Below, one piece after another: positions 9,636 to 19,257 of a stretch of 55,746 bases of DNA. The notes below the pieces were generated by a model that saw only the letters and a list, made by a program, of their open reading frames with translations, was not told where the DNA came from and made no database searches. The stretch covers positions 1 to 55,746 of the forward strand of contig JBIJDW010000001.1 in the NCBI GenBank assembly GCA_044343885.1, written 5' to 3'. Within the stretch, counting starts at the first letter, position 1; the number at the start of each line of letters is the position of its first letter. This DNA is from Kiritimatiellia bacterium (GTDB lineage: Bacteria > Verrucomicrobiota > Kiritimatiellia > RFP12 > JAAYNR01). The translations under genes were made by a program, and so were the position numbers.

Positions 9636-9742
9636 GACGACGTCCTTTCGTTTGTGCACGCTGGCTTGTGGCGCGGCGACAGGCCGCTGAGTAAACCGTT
9701 GGAAATTATTGCACGTTACATCGAAGGTGTCCAGCGCGTGTT

Positions 9743-9804
9743 TTGGTGGGCGGTGAGGGACTCGAACCCCCGACAGCCTGGGTGTAAACCGGGCACTCTA
9801 ACCA
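9743..9804 (-). repeat. Duplicated 3' portion of tRNA-Val (distal att repeat of the island)
   Basis: 9743..9790 is identical (48/48) to 53651..53698. The next 14 nt have 2 mismatches against 53699..53712. Similarity is then lost. Confidence 0.9.
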
Positions 9805-9945
9805 TAAAAAATAGAATAAAAACGTGTAATTATACAAGGCAACTTGTTGTTTGGAAGATAATTTGGAAGATTTTGCTTGCGCAAGCTTCCATAATTCGCC
9901 ATACTTCACCGCAACGAAGGTAAACCCCTTGAAAGGCGGTGCGTC

Positions 9946-11589
9946 ATGGCGGTAGAACTGCGAAAGAAGCCCGACGGGACACTTTACCCCGACTTCTACG
10001 GGCGTTATTACGAGAACGGCAAGAGCAAGGTTGTCAATCTGGGCGTCAAGTGGGACGGCACGCCCCCTGACTCGATGTGCGCCCAGGGTGACGACATCTT
10101 CGAAATCATGCGCAAGAAGGCAGAAGAGAAGCTGGAGCGGCAAGCCGAGGAAAGCAAGCGGAAGGGCAAGGCCGACCACCTGACGGAACGTCTGATCGAG
10201 AGTAAGACCGGCACGAAGGTGAAGTATACCCGGCTGGCCGATCTCGCCGCCGCATGGCGGGGGATCGGCCGGGACGGGGGCGCGCCCTCTGAAGCCTACC
10301 TGAAATGGTGCGACTCGGTCTTCAAGCGCTTCTCCGAGGCGACCCCCTGCACGTTCCTTTACGAGGTGAACCCCGGACACGCCGACGCCTTCCTTGCCGA
10401 CATGCGCAAGGGCCACGCCGATAAGACGGTGAAAGAGATGGCGACCCTCCTGAAAGTCGCCTTTGCTCGGATACTCCCCACCGGATGCCAGAACCCCTTC
10501 ACGAAAACTATACGGCGCAAGAAGGCGCGCGTGGTCTCGGATGGGGCCGCGGTTGCGCGCCGGCCGCTGACCGACTCACAGCTTGAGCACTTGCTTGACG
10601 TGGCTAAACCCGACCCCCTGCTTTACCCGCTGACCGTGTGCGCCTCGCATACCGGGATGCGGATTGGGGACGTGTGCCGACTGAAATGGGGGTCGGTTGA
10701 CCTGCGGGGCGGATGGGTCAACGTGGCGACCAGCAAGACGGGCGTCGTTATAGAAGCGCCGATACTGCGGAGGCTGCGGGAGACGCTGGAAACCGCATTG
10801 GCGGAGCGGGAACACGGCAAGGATTACGTCTGGCCCGAGGCGGCGCGGATGTACGCGACGAACAAGGCGGGCGTCATCTACCGGGGAAAGGCGCTGTTTG
10901 CGCGGGCGTTCGCACCCGCACAGGATGCGCCGGAACTGGCCGAAAATGCGACCGAGGGCGCACATCCTGCTGATGATACATGGGGAAAAGCGGCCGACGC
11001 CCTGACGGCCCGTTTTCGAGGCGACAAGCGCGAGCGCATTCTGGACACCTTGCGGCGCGTGGCGGCTGGGGCGTCGTATGGCGATGTTCAGAAGGCGACC
11101 GGACGGCGAAAGGCTATCGTTTCGCAAGACCTGCGGGATGCCGAGACCGTGGCGGGGGTGACGCTGCGGCGTGGCAACGCAGAGGCGACCGGTCGCGACC
11201 TAAAAACCCTGATCGGCGCGACCCGGCAAGTGCGTGCCCGTGGCGCGGTGGCGGCCTCGCTTCTGGGCTGGCACAACCTTCGGGGCACGTTTGTGACGAT
11301 CGCGCTTTCCGCCGGGATACCTTTCGACACAGTGGCGAAGATCACCGGGCACCAGACGGCGAAGGTCGTGAAGGATCACTATTACAACCCGACCCGCGAG
11401 CACACGAGGGCAGCAATGGAGAGGTCTTTGCCGTCCGTGCTGACCGGGGCCAAAGCCGCACCCGCCGTACGGCCCTCCGCCGCCCTTCTCGCAGGTGCCC
11501 CCGAGGATCCTCTGGTCGATATCGTCGCGAAACTGAACGCCCTGACACCCGCGCAACGGGCCGGTGTCGTCAAGATGCTGAAAACGTAA
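9946..11589 (+). CDS. tyrosine-type site-specific recombinase/integrase
   Basis: RIGDVCRLKW (box I Arg), HNLRGTFVTIALSAGIP..ITGH (H-x-x-R ... H) and VKDHYY (catalytic Tyr region). It lies 140 bp from the att repeat. Confidence 0.85.
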   Translation: MAVELRKKPDGTLYPDFYGRYYENGKSKVVNLGVKWDGTPPDSMCAQGDDIFEIMRKKAEEKLERQAEESKRKGKADHLTERLIESKTGTKVKYTRLADLAAAWRGIGRDGGAPSEAYLKWCDSVFKRFSEATPCTFLYEVNPGHADAFLADMRKGHADKTVKEMATLLKVAFARILPTGCQNPFTKTIRRKKARVVSDGAAVARRPLTDSQLEHLLDVAKPDPLLYPLTVCASHTGMRIGDVCRLKWGSVDLRGGWVNVATSKTGVVIEAPILRRLRETLETALAEREHGKDYVWPEAARMYATNKAGVIYRGKALFARAFAPAQDAPELAENATEGAHPADDTWGKAADALTARFRGDKRERILDTLRRVAAGASYGDVQKATGRRKAIVSQDLRDAETVAGVTLRRGNAEATGRDLKTLIGATRQVRARGAVAASLLGWHNLRGTFVTIALSAGIPFDTVAKITGHQTAKVVKDHYYNPTREHTRAAMERSLPSVLTGAKAAPAVRPSAALLAGAPEDPLVDIVAKLNALTPAQRAGVVKMLKT

Positions 11590-11941
11590 TGGCGACTCTG
11601 CAAGCCAACGCGCTGCCCTGCGCCACCGCGCAAAACCTCTGGGTTTCAAAGCGTCACCAACAGGTCTTTTTGTCCTTGCGCAGGCAGATTGGATGTGTTT
11701 TACTCTCTTCGGCCGTTTGATCTGAATGCTGATCCGGGAGGGGCGCCCGATCATGGACAGAGCGGGAATCCGGTCTTGACGCATAGCGCGGAGGCATAGC
11801 AAACCTCATATGCGTCAAAACTGCGACACAAACGGTTTGAGATCAACGGATGTATTGACGGCTTTCGTGTTTTGAGGGTACGAATTCCCCCGCTATGCGT
11901 GACGGCTAATACGATGTTGAAACGGATAAAGGAGAGCAAAA

Positions 11942-12478
11942 ATGAAGATACCGGTATTCGTATCGACACCGACAATGCTCAGCACTGCGCAACTGGCAGC
12001 CAAGCAAATTGTGCTGGATGAACTCGACTCGCTCCGACTGGAACCACGGTCTCTGGGCACCTCCGACTACCCCAGCGACCTACCGCTGAGGGAGGTCTAC
12101 GTATTGGGCACGCATTGCTCAGGCGGAGTCATTCTCGGCTTTGAGCAGTTCTTCGCGCCCGCAGGCACGAAGAAGAGGGGAACGCCAAGGGAGACTCCAG
12201 TGACTGGGGGCATTCCGTTCCCGACTCCATGGAACCATCTGGAATCCGGAATCTTGTTCGGTCTTGGTCTTCCTCTGCTCGTCTTCCGTGAGCCTGGCAT
12301 CGAAGGCGGCATCTTCGATCCTGGCGTGACGGATGTTTTCGTCCACCAGATGCCAGACCCCGGCATGACCCCGGCAAATCGCGAAGCACTCAGAGAGGTC
12401 TTCCTGAAATGGCAGGCTAGGGTCAGAGAACACTACTACAGAGACCGACGGCCGACGAGTAGATCAACAACACCGTGA
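11942..12478 (+). CDS. hypothetical protein, possible TIR/NDT/SLOG-like Rossmann-fold nucleotide-processing domain
   Basis: N-terminal strand MKIPVFVS, then GGVILG, then WNHLESGILFGLGLPLLVF. This resembles the E-x-G...G-x-P-hydrophobic signature of nucleoside 2-deoxyribosyltransferase/LOG-like folds. The call is by eye only. Confidence 0.35.
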   Translation: MKIPVFVSTPTMLSTAQLAAKQIVLDELDSLRLEPRSLGTSDYPSDLPLREVYVLGTHCSGGVILGFEQFFAPAGTKKRGTPRETPVTGGIPFPTPWNHLESGILFGLGLPLLVFREPGIEGGIFDPGVTDVFVHQMPDPGMTPANREALREVFLKWQARVREHYYRDRRPTSRSTTP

Positions 12479-12509
12479 AGGCAGTACACCACTCGCATGA
12501 GGAGACATT

Positions 12510-13250
12510 ATGAAGAAGCCCCCGCCCCTAACTCCGCAGCAACTCAGAGATCGGGTTGTTCGTTTCTATGCGCGATATGGAACCGAATTGGAACAGATTG
12601 CCGAGTTGCTCCGCATCCAGTTGAAGCAATTGTGCTTAGCTTACACGATAGACCATCATCTGCCTGCAGAAGCTGTGCAGGTCACAACGAGGGTCAAGAA
12701 GCAAGCGAGTTTCCTGAAGAAACTTGAACTAGACGGCTGGCCCCAGTTCTATTACCCAACGGAAGTCGTGAAGGATCTGATCGGCGCGAGAGTCGTTTGT
12801 TGGTTCGTTGATGATTGCTACGGCCTTCTCGCCTTCGTCAGACGTTCCACCCATTTCCGCCTTGCCGATGAATCAGCTTACCCAGTCAAGGACTACATTG
12901 GCGATCCTCAACCTGCAGGTTACCGAGCCCTTCACGTCTTTGCTGAGGTGCCATACAACAGAGTTAAGAGACTCGGGAAGAAGGTAACCGTCGTTACGGA
13001 CCACCTCTTGGGCGAGATACAGATCAGGTCGAAACTTCAAGACGCATGGGGCGACATCACTCACGAGTTCTTCTACAAGGCGAAGAACGTGGGCATCACC
13101 GACGAGAAGCTTGAGCAGTTCCTCGCCGATGTGGCAAGCCGCCTCGCCTTGGAAGATCAGACACTGAAGAAGTTCCGCGACACTTACCAAGCGATGGCTG
13201 AGACCAAGTTGCGCAAGGGTAATCGTGAGGGCTTCCGAGACGAGGACTGA
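12510..13250 (+). CDS. RelA/SpoT-homolog nucleotide pyrophosphokinase (small alarmone synthetase / toxSAS-like)
   Basis: Synthetase-domain motifs TRVKKQASFLKKL, DLIGARVVCWF, GYRALHVFAEV and EIQIRSKLQDAWGDITHEFFYK. Confidence 0.85.
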   Translation: MKKPPPLTPQQLRDRVVRFYARYGTELEQIAELLRIQLKQLCLAYTIDHHLPAEAVQVTTRVKKQASFLKKLELDGWPQFYYPTEVVKDLIGARVVCWFVDDCYGLLAFVRRSTHFRLADESAYPVKDYIGDPQPAGYRALHVFAEVPYNRVKRLGKKVTVVTDHLLGEIQIRSKLQDAWGDITHEFFYKAKNVGITDEKLEQFLADVASRLALEDQTLKKFRDTYQAMAETKLRKGNREGFRDED

Positions 13251-13348
13251 GGGGCCAACAAGCAATTGCTGCCTACTCCGCTTCGCTCCGAGGCAGATTT
13301 GCGACGTTGGGCAGAGAAACAGAGATCGCAGCAAAAACAGGAGGAGCC

Positions 13349-13894
13349 ATGCCAACACCAAACGACAAAGGCGCAGCATTCGAGTCTGAAGTCAGAGACC
13401 TTCTTGTTACCATCCAGAAACTGCATCCGAATTCAGTGACGATCCTTGAGAAACCATCAATCGAGTTACAGAACGGTGAGACCGTCTACCCTGATTTCCA
13501 TCTGATCGTCTCCTATCCTCATGAACGGCGCCACTACCTCATCGAATGCCAGAACAGGGAGCACAACTCCAAATCGATTCTCCACAAGATCCAACATGTC
13601 CGAGCCAAGCAAGCCTTCAAGACCTTCTTCTTCCTCTATCCGGAGAGCATTCCGGAGGAACTGGCCCGCGCATTCGCTGCCGAAGGCATCGTTCACCAAA
13701 ATGTCCGCTCGTTTCGCCAGTTCCTGGATGGTCTCTCAGGATTGCTCGTTGCCCTGCCATCATCAGAAACGGGCAACATTACACAGACTCATGATCGTCC
13801 TGACTATGCAATGTCGGTTGTTGACTCGAAACGCGAATGGGAAAAGCGTATAGGTCGTGAACTGGATGAGTGGCGGCGCAGGGGATTTCAATGA
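13349..13894 (+). CDS. NERD/Mrr-like restriction-endonuclease-fold protein (putative)
   Basis: AGGAGG lies 4 nt upstream of the ATG at 13349. It has an AAFESEVRDLL helix and PDFHLIV ... YLIECQNRE, which is a D...E-x-Q variant of D...E-x-K. Confidence 0.4.
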   Translation: MPTPNDKGAAFESEVRDLLVTIQKLHPNSVTILEKPSIELQNGETVYPDFHLIVSYPHERRHYLIECQNREHNSKSILHKIQHVRAKQAFKTFFFLYPESIPEELARAFAAEGIVHQNVRSFRQFLDGLSGLLVALPSSETGNITQTHDRPDYAMSVVDSKREWEKRIGRELDEWRRRGFQ

Positions 13895-13975
13895 TACACA
13901 TGCCCAACAACACGCCAGAGGATATTCATCGCTAACGCGCCGAAATCATCAGCGTGAGCGTTATGCGGAGGAGCT

Positions 13976-14362
13976 ATGCCACAAGATAGAGCATCAGGGG
14001 CTGCAGCGAGCGAATGGGGGCGCCTTACCGCCCAGCGGCTCATCGAGGAGCTGGGAGGAACTTCCCTATCTGAGAACAGCAACGAGTTTCTCCTCGGCGG
14101 CGAAAAGCTTGTACTTAAATGTGCGTCTGCATCGACAACGTCTGTGGGCGTCTCCCTCAAGATGCTTGATTGCATTGACGGTATCGTGGCAGCTTTTGCA
14201 GACACCGACGGTGCATTCACTCTATCCCGCATGAGCCCGCATGCGTATCGCGCTAGAATGCGTCCGACGCGTAGCTGCGGCGCTTCCGCCGGTAAAGTAG
14301 GCAAGGTATCGAAGTCGGCGTTCTCGGAACACGGTGTTGCATTGTCAGTAATCCATCTATAG
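13976..14362 (+). CDS. hypothetical protein
   Basis: 128-aa ORF with protein-like composition. Preferred over the overlapping 253-aa minus-strand ORF, whose sequence looks like high-GC antisense noise. Confidence 0.4.
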   Translation: MPQDRASGAAASEWGRLTAQRLIEELGGTSLSENSNEFLLGGEKLVLKCASASTTSVGVSLKMLDCIDGIVAAFADTDGAFTLSRMSPHAYRARMRPTRSCGASAGKVGKVSKSAFSEHGVALSVIHL

Positions 14363-14487
14363 AGGCGCGCTATGATCCATCTTTGTTCTTGCCATTTTCC
14401 AGCCTCTTTGGCACTCTTCCCTCGGTTGGGAACGCTGCCTTTTTTGCGTTGCCGCCAAAGCTCAAGGCTAAGGATGGGCAAGATACT

Positions 14488-15276
14488 ATGGTTTCCAACA
14501 GGGAGAAGGAAAATGCAGCCGGCTTTAAATACGGCAGCAACGGCCCTCATAGCAGTCGCACCCTGATGCTGGACAGCGTGTCCAAGTGTCTGGATGTTTT
14601 GTCCGTCGGCGCGAGTTATGCCGATTACCAGACGGGCATAGTCGATCAAAACATCCTTGGAAAGCGAACCGAGGCGACACGTAAAGAATCTTTCCGCCGT
14701 TTGCGTGAGTTGTATGCCCTCGATCCCTTGGTGCCGCTGTTTCGCATCTACCGGGAACTGGATGCTTTGGACCCCGTTTCCCGCCCATTGCTATCACTCC
14801 TTGTCGCCAGCGCGCGCGATCCACTGCTGCGTGCCACTTTTCCTGTTATCCTAGGCTCGCGTGAGGAGGAACCCATTGGTGCGGAACATTTTGACAATGC
14901 CTTGGAACATTGCTTTCCCGGCCACTTTCGCCCTGCCATCCGCGCAGCTACGGCCAGGCATATCGCTTCGACCTGGACACAGTCCGGCCATCTCACGGGC
15001 CGACGCCCGAAGTTTCGCGCCCGCGTCGTACCCACGCCTGCCGCGCTCGTGATGGCACTGCTTCTGGGGACGTTGCAGGGGATTCACGGTGCAGCCCTGT
15101 TCGGAACCACCTGGTGTCAGATATTGGATTTGAACGCTGCAGAGGCGCAATCTCTGGCCTCTCTGGCGCATCGGGAGGGGTTGCTCGACCTGCGGGCGGT
15201 GGGCACGGTTGTTGCCGTTGCCTTCCCCCGTTTCACTGCGGCCCTGAATACCGGAGACGCACATGAGCCATTGTGA
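14488..15276 (+). CDS. brxA: BREX protein BrxA (DUF1819-like)
   Basis: It sits immediately upstream of, and overlaps, brxB. The segment IVDQNILGKRTEATRKESFRRLRELY resembles DUF1819. Start set at the ATG at 14488. Confidence 0.6.
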   Translation: MVSNREKENAAGFKYGSNGPHSSRTLMLDSVSKCLDVLSVGASYADYQTGIVDQNILGKRTEATRKESFRRLRELYALDPLVPLFRIYRELDALDPVSRPLLSLLVASARDPLLRATFPVILGSREEEPIGAEHFDNALEHCFPGHFRPAIRAATARHIASTWTQSGHLTGRRPKFRARVVPTPAALVMALLLGTLQGIHGAALFGTTWCQILDLNAAEAQSLASLAHREGLLDLRAVGTVVAVAFPRFTAALNTGDAHEPL

Positions 15277-15823
15277 CCGGCTGATTGAAAACTATCGGCG
15301 ATTCGTGCGCCTGCCCTGGTCTGGAAACTTGGCTGGCAAGCAACGGGTCTGGTTCGCCGTCTATCCCCCATCGGAGGAGCGACGGGTCCGAGCCCACCTT
15401 CAGGAGTTTCAGGTCGCCACGTTGGACGCCGGACACAAATGGCAGGCAGTCGACATCACCGACCTGCCCGCCCGCTGGCTTGCTGGCCATCGCTACGGTG
15501 CGGGTTATTTCGCCGACCCTACCGCTATTCCGGCTGTCGAGGAGGACATCCGGCAGGCCGCCGCCGACGTTCTGGAAGAGGCGTTACAGGCATCTTGTGC
15601 CGATGCGGAAACCGTTGTCGCCGTGACGGGGGCCGGATCGCTCTACGGTTTTACGCATGTCTCTTCCGTCGTCTCCAAGATTGAAGATTCTATTCGCGGG
15701 CGCCTGCTGCTATTCTTTCCAGGCGAATACGAACGCAACCTCTACCGCTTTATGGATGCCCGCGACGGCTTCAACTACATGGCCGTGCCAATCACCTCAA
15801 ACGAAAGCGTACTACAACCGTGA
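15263..15823 (+). CDS. brxB: BREX protein BrxB (DUF1788)
   Basis: RVWFAVYPPSEERRVR and FFPGEYERNLYRFMDARDGFNYMAVPI are characteristic of DUF1788. Confidence 0.85.
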   Translation: MSHCDRLIENYRRFVRLPWSGNLAGKQRVWFAVYPPSEERRVRAHLQEFQVATLDAGHKWQAVDITDLPARWLAGHRYGAGYFADPTAIPAVEEDIRQAAADVLEEALQASCADAETVVAVTGAGSLYGFTHVSSVVSKIEDSIRGRLLLFFPGEYERNLYRFMDARDGFNYMAVPITSNESVLQP

Positions 15824-18800
15824 AAAACAGGGACCTTTACCAGAAAGACCCCCTCAGTTTCGAGTTGCTGAACAACGGCGTCTCGAAAGTCGGGGAAGTC
15901 GGGATCGACCCGGAACAGCTTAAGACATTGCGCTTTGAATTGGAGACTTTTGTTTGCGACGGAGAGTATGCCAAAGGGCTTGAACGCATCCTGAGCGCCT
16001 ACCTGGGCGGTATGAATCGCTCGGAGCAGCAGGCCGTCTGGGTCAGCGGTTTTTTTGGCAGCGGTAAAACGCACCTGGTCAAGATGCTGCGCTACCTGTG
16101 GGAAGACTTTGTCTTTCCGGACGGCGCCAACACCCGCTCCATTGTCGTGTTGCCCGCAAACATCAGCGACCTGCTAAAGGAACTGACGACCCGCTCGCGC
16201 CGCTATCAGGGATTGCGCGCTGCGGCTGGTACGCTGGGTGCAGGAAACATGGACAGTGTGCGCGTAGCTTTTCTCCAACTGGTATTCCGGGCCGCCGGCT
16301 TGCCTGAAAACCTTGCGGCTGCCCGGTTTGTTCTTTGGCTCCGCGAAAGAGGCCTGTATGACACGGTCTGCGCCCACTTGAAGGCTCAACGGCTGGATCC
16401 CGCCTCGGAAATGCGCAATTTCTTCGTCTCTCCCAAGCTTGCCGAGGCCCTTGTCGCGGCCGAGGCCAGCTACGGCACGCCGCAAAATGCCCAAGGCGCC
16501 ATTCGCGCGCAGTTTCCGACAAGCTACACCCCCACCATTGACGATTCGCTGCACATCCTTCGCCAGGTCTTTACCAAAGACGACATTTTTCCCTGCGTGC
16601 TGCTTGTCGTGGATGAGATTCAACAGTTCATTGGCGATCGGGTGCAGCGCGCCATGGACGTGCAGGAAATTACGGAACACTGCTGCACGCGATTGGACAG
16701 CCGCCTTCTGATCGTTGGAACAGGCCAGTCGGCCCTTACGGGAACGGCCAGTCTGAGCCGGCTCCAGGCGCGATTCTCCGTCAAGGTGCCCCTGTCCGAC
16801 ACCGATGTCGAGACGGTCATCCGTCGCACCGTCCTGGCCAAGAAGCCTGAAAAGAACGCCACCATCGAGAAGGTTATTGAAAGCAACGCCGGCGAAATCA
16901 GCCGACATTTGCAGAACACCCGTCTCGCCAGCACCGCTGCTGACCGCGCCGTCTACGCCTCCGACTACCCGCTGCTCCCTGTCCGGCGCCGTTTCTGGGA
17001 GAAAGTGCTGCGCAATGTGGACGCCAGCGGCACCACGGCGCAATTGCGCACCCAACTTAAGATCGTCTTCGACGCGGCGCGCGAATCGGCCGAATGGAAG
17101 CTCGGCTCCGTCGTTCCGGCGGATTACATCTATGACCAGATCGCTACCGACCTGCTCAACACCGGCATCCTCCAGCGCGAGTATCACGAGATCATCCTCG
17201 GTGCGCGCGACGGAACCCCGGACGGTCTCCTGCGGTCCCGCATCTGCGCCCTCGTCTTCTTGATCGCCCAGCTTCCGCGCACACCCGGTGCGGACGATAA
17301 CGTGCGCGCCACCGAGGAAACCCTGGCCGATCTTCTGGTGTGCAATCTGACCGAAGACGGCCAGAAACTGCGCCAGTCCGTCCCAAGTCTCCTTTCGGGT
17401 CTGGAGTCCGACGGCAAACTGATGCGGGTCGAGAACGAATACTGTCTTCAGACCCGCGAAGGCGCGGGATGGAACCATGATTTCGGCCAACGCCGATCAC
17501 GAATTCTTAATGACGACGCATTGCTCGGAGCGGAACGAGAACGCCTGTTTGGCGAAGCGATAGCCCTTGCCTTGAAGCCCCTGTCTCTCCAGCACGGCAA
17601 TGCGCGCGAACCCCGCAAACTGGAGTATTGCTTATCGGCATCCCGCCCCTCGCAGCCCGATAACGCGCTCTTGCTCTGGGTGCGTCATGGCTGGTCGGAA
17701 TCCCAGACACGCGTCGAGACCGATGCCAAGGCGGCAGGGTCAGAAAGCCCCACACTCTTCGGCTTCCTGCCCCGCGAACGCCACAACGAGTTGAAGCAGG
17801 GCATCGGCTCTCAACTCGCCGCCAGGGAAACGCTGGATGCCCACGGCGTTCCTTCCACGCCGGAGGCCATCCAGGCGGCAAACGCCATGAAGACTCAGCT
17901 CGAAGCGGCCCGCCTGCGCGTCCAGTCTTGCCTCCGCGAGATCATCGCAAACGCCAAGATCTACCTGGGCGGCGGCAATGAAGTCGGCGGTCTCGAATGG
18001 GTGGACAAGGCGAACGCCGCCGCCGCCAACGCCCTTCAACGCCTCTTTCCCCGTTTCGCCGAGGCCGACCATGCGAGTTGGGCACAGGTTCGGAACACCG
18101 CTCGCGGCGGAAACGTGGGCGCGTTGCAGGTGGTGGGCTACCAGGGGGAAACGGTTCGCCACCCCGTCTGCAAGGCCGTGTACGATTTTATCGGCGCCGG
18201 CAAGAAGGGCAGAGAGGTACGCGAACAGTTCCGGAGCGCGCCCTTCGGCTGGCCGCAGGACGCGGTGGACGCCGCACTGGTCATTCTGACCCTCGCCGGC
18301 AATCTCCGCGCCGCAGCGAACGGACAGCCGATTCTGGCAACGGCCATCGGACAGGACCAGATCGGCTCGCTCTCGTTTCATGTGGACATCCCGCCGCTGA
18401 CCGTGGTGCAGCGGCTCGACCTGAAAGCCCTTTTCCAGAAACTCAGTGTCACCACACCGAACGGACAGGAGTCCGCCGCTGCCGGACAGTTTCTCGTCAA
18501 GTTGCTGGAACTGGCCCAAGCCGCCGGGGGAGAACCGCCCAGCCCCGAAACGCCCCCCGTCAAACCGATCCGCGATCTGCAAACCGAAAGCGGGAATGCC
18601 CAGCTTTTGGCCATCCACCAGCAAAAGGATGCTTGGGCGCAGAGCATCGGCGCCTGGACGACTACCCGTGACGCCATCGCCAAGCGACTGTCACGTTGGC
18701 AGCGGCTTGCCGAACTGCAGAATCTGGCTGCTGATCTGCCCGAAGCCACCGCCGTGGCCCAGTCCGTGAATGGCATCCTGTCCAGTCGCTGCCTGCTGGC

Positions 18801-19257
18801 TGATCCAGACCCGGTGCCGCCTCTGATTCAGACCCTTGTTGCCGCGCTGCGCACGGCTTTGAACGCCTTGCAGGCCCAGGTGCAAGCCGCGCATGCGGCC
18901 GGCATGGCCAAACTGGACGCCAGCCCGGCGTGGCGCAAGCTGGGCAAGGCCGTGCAATCCGGGCTTCTGGACCGGTTCAATGCCAATCCCCCTCCACCGG
19001 TCGCCGTCGGCACGGAGGAGGAGGTCGTCAACGCCGTGCGGACGGTATCGTTGGCCAACCGGCGCACCGCGATCGAGGCCGTGCCCCAGCGTTTCAGCAT
19101 GGCAATGGAGGAGGCTATCCATCTGGCGGAGCCCAAGGCCGTGCGCGTCACGTTGCCCTCGGCGACCATCAAGGACGCGCAGGAGCTGGACGCTTGGTTG
19201 AAGGGCGCCAAGGCGGCCGTCGAGGCCAAGCTCAAGGACGGGCCGGTGATCGTATGA
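15820..19257 (+). CDS. brxC: BREX ATPase BrxC/PglY
   Basis: 1145 aa. Walker A is GFFGSGKTH and Walker B is LLVVDEIQQF. The GTG start overlaps the brxB stop (GTGA). Confidence 0.88.
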   Translation: MKNRDLYQKDPLSFELLNNGVSKVGEVGIDPEQLKTLRFELETFVCDGEYAKGLERILSAYLGGMNRSEQQAVWVSGFFGSGKTHLVKMLRYLWEDFVFPDGANTRSIVVLPANISDLLKELTTRSRRYQGLRAAAGTLGAGNMDSVRVAFLQLVFRAAGLPENLAAARFVLWLRERGLYDTVCAHLKAQRLDPASEMRNFFVSPKLAEALVAAEASYGTPQNAQGAIRAQFPTSYTPTIDDSLHILRQVFTKDDIFPCVLLVVDEIQQFIGDRVQRAMDVQEITEHCCTRLDSRLLIVGTGQSALTGTASLSRLQARFSVKVPLSDTDVETVIRRTVLAKKPEKNATIEKVIESNAGEISRHLQNTRLASTAADRAVYASDYPLLPVRRRFWEKVLRNVDASGTTAQLRTQLKIVFDAARESAEWKLGSVVPADYIYDQIATDLLNTGILQREYHEIILGARDGTPDGLLRSRICALVFLIAQLPRTPGADDNVRATEETLADLLVCNLTEDGQKLRQSVPSLLSGLESDGKLMRVENEYCLQTREGAGWNHDFGQRRSRILNDDALLGAERERLFGEAIALALKPLSLQHGNAREPRKLEYCLSASRPSQPDNALLLWVRHGWSESQTRVETDAKAAGSESPTLFGFLPRERHNELKQGIGSQLAARETLDAHGVPSTPEAIQAANAMKTQLEAARLRVQSCLREIIANAKIYLGGGNEVGGLEWVDKANAAAANALQRLFPRFAEADHASWAQVRNTARGGNVGALQVVGYQGETVRHPVCKAVYDFIGAGKKGREVREQFRSAPFGWPQDAVDAALVILTLAGNLRAAANGQPILATAIGQDQIGSLSFHVDIPPLTVVQRLDLKALFQKLSVTTPNGQESAAAGQFLVKLLELAQAAGGEPPSPETPPVKPIRDLQTESGNAQLLAIHQQKDAWAQSIGAWTTTRDAIAKRLSRWQRLAELQNLAADLPEATAVAQSVNGILSSRCLLADPDPVPPLIQTLVAALRTALNALQAQVQAAHAAGMAKLDASPAWRKLGKAVQSGLLDRFNANPPPPVAVGTEEEVVNAVRTVSLANRRTAIEAVPQRFSMAMEEAIHLAEPKAVRVTLPSATIKDAQELDAWLKGAKAAVEAKLKDGPVIV

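Noticed and set aside
13888-14649. A 253-aa minus-strand ORF upstream of and overlapping brxA
   Set aside because: Its composition is typical of antisense ORFs in high-GC DNA (Ala/Arg/Pro/Ser-rich, no motifs). It overlaps better plus-strand ORFs at 13976..14362 and the brxA start.
18930-19253. The upstream extension of the AlbA_2 ORF (ORF track start at 18930)
   Set aside because: The extension lies wholly inside brxC in another frame and is Gly/Arg-rich. The ATG at 19254 forms an ATGA overlap with the brxC stop and precedes the AlbA_2 motif.
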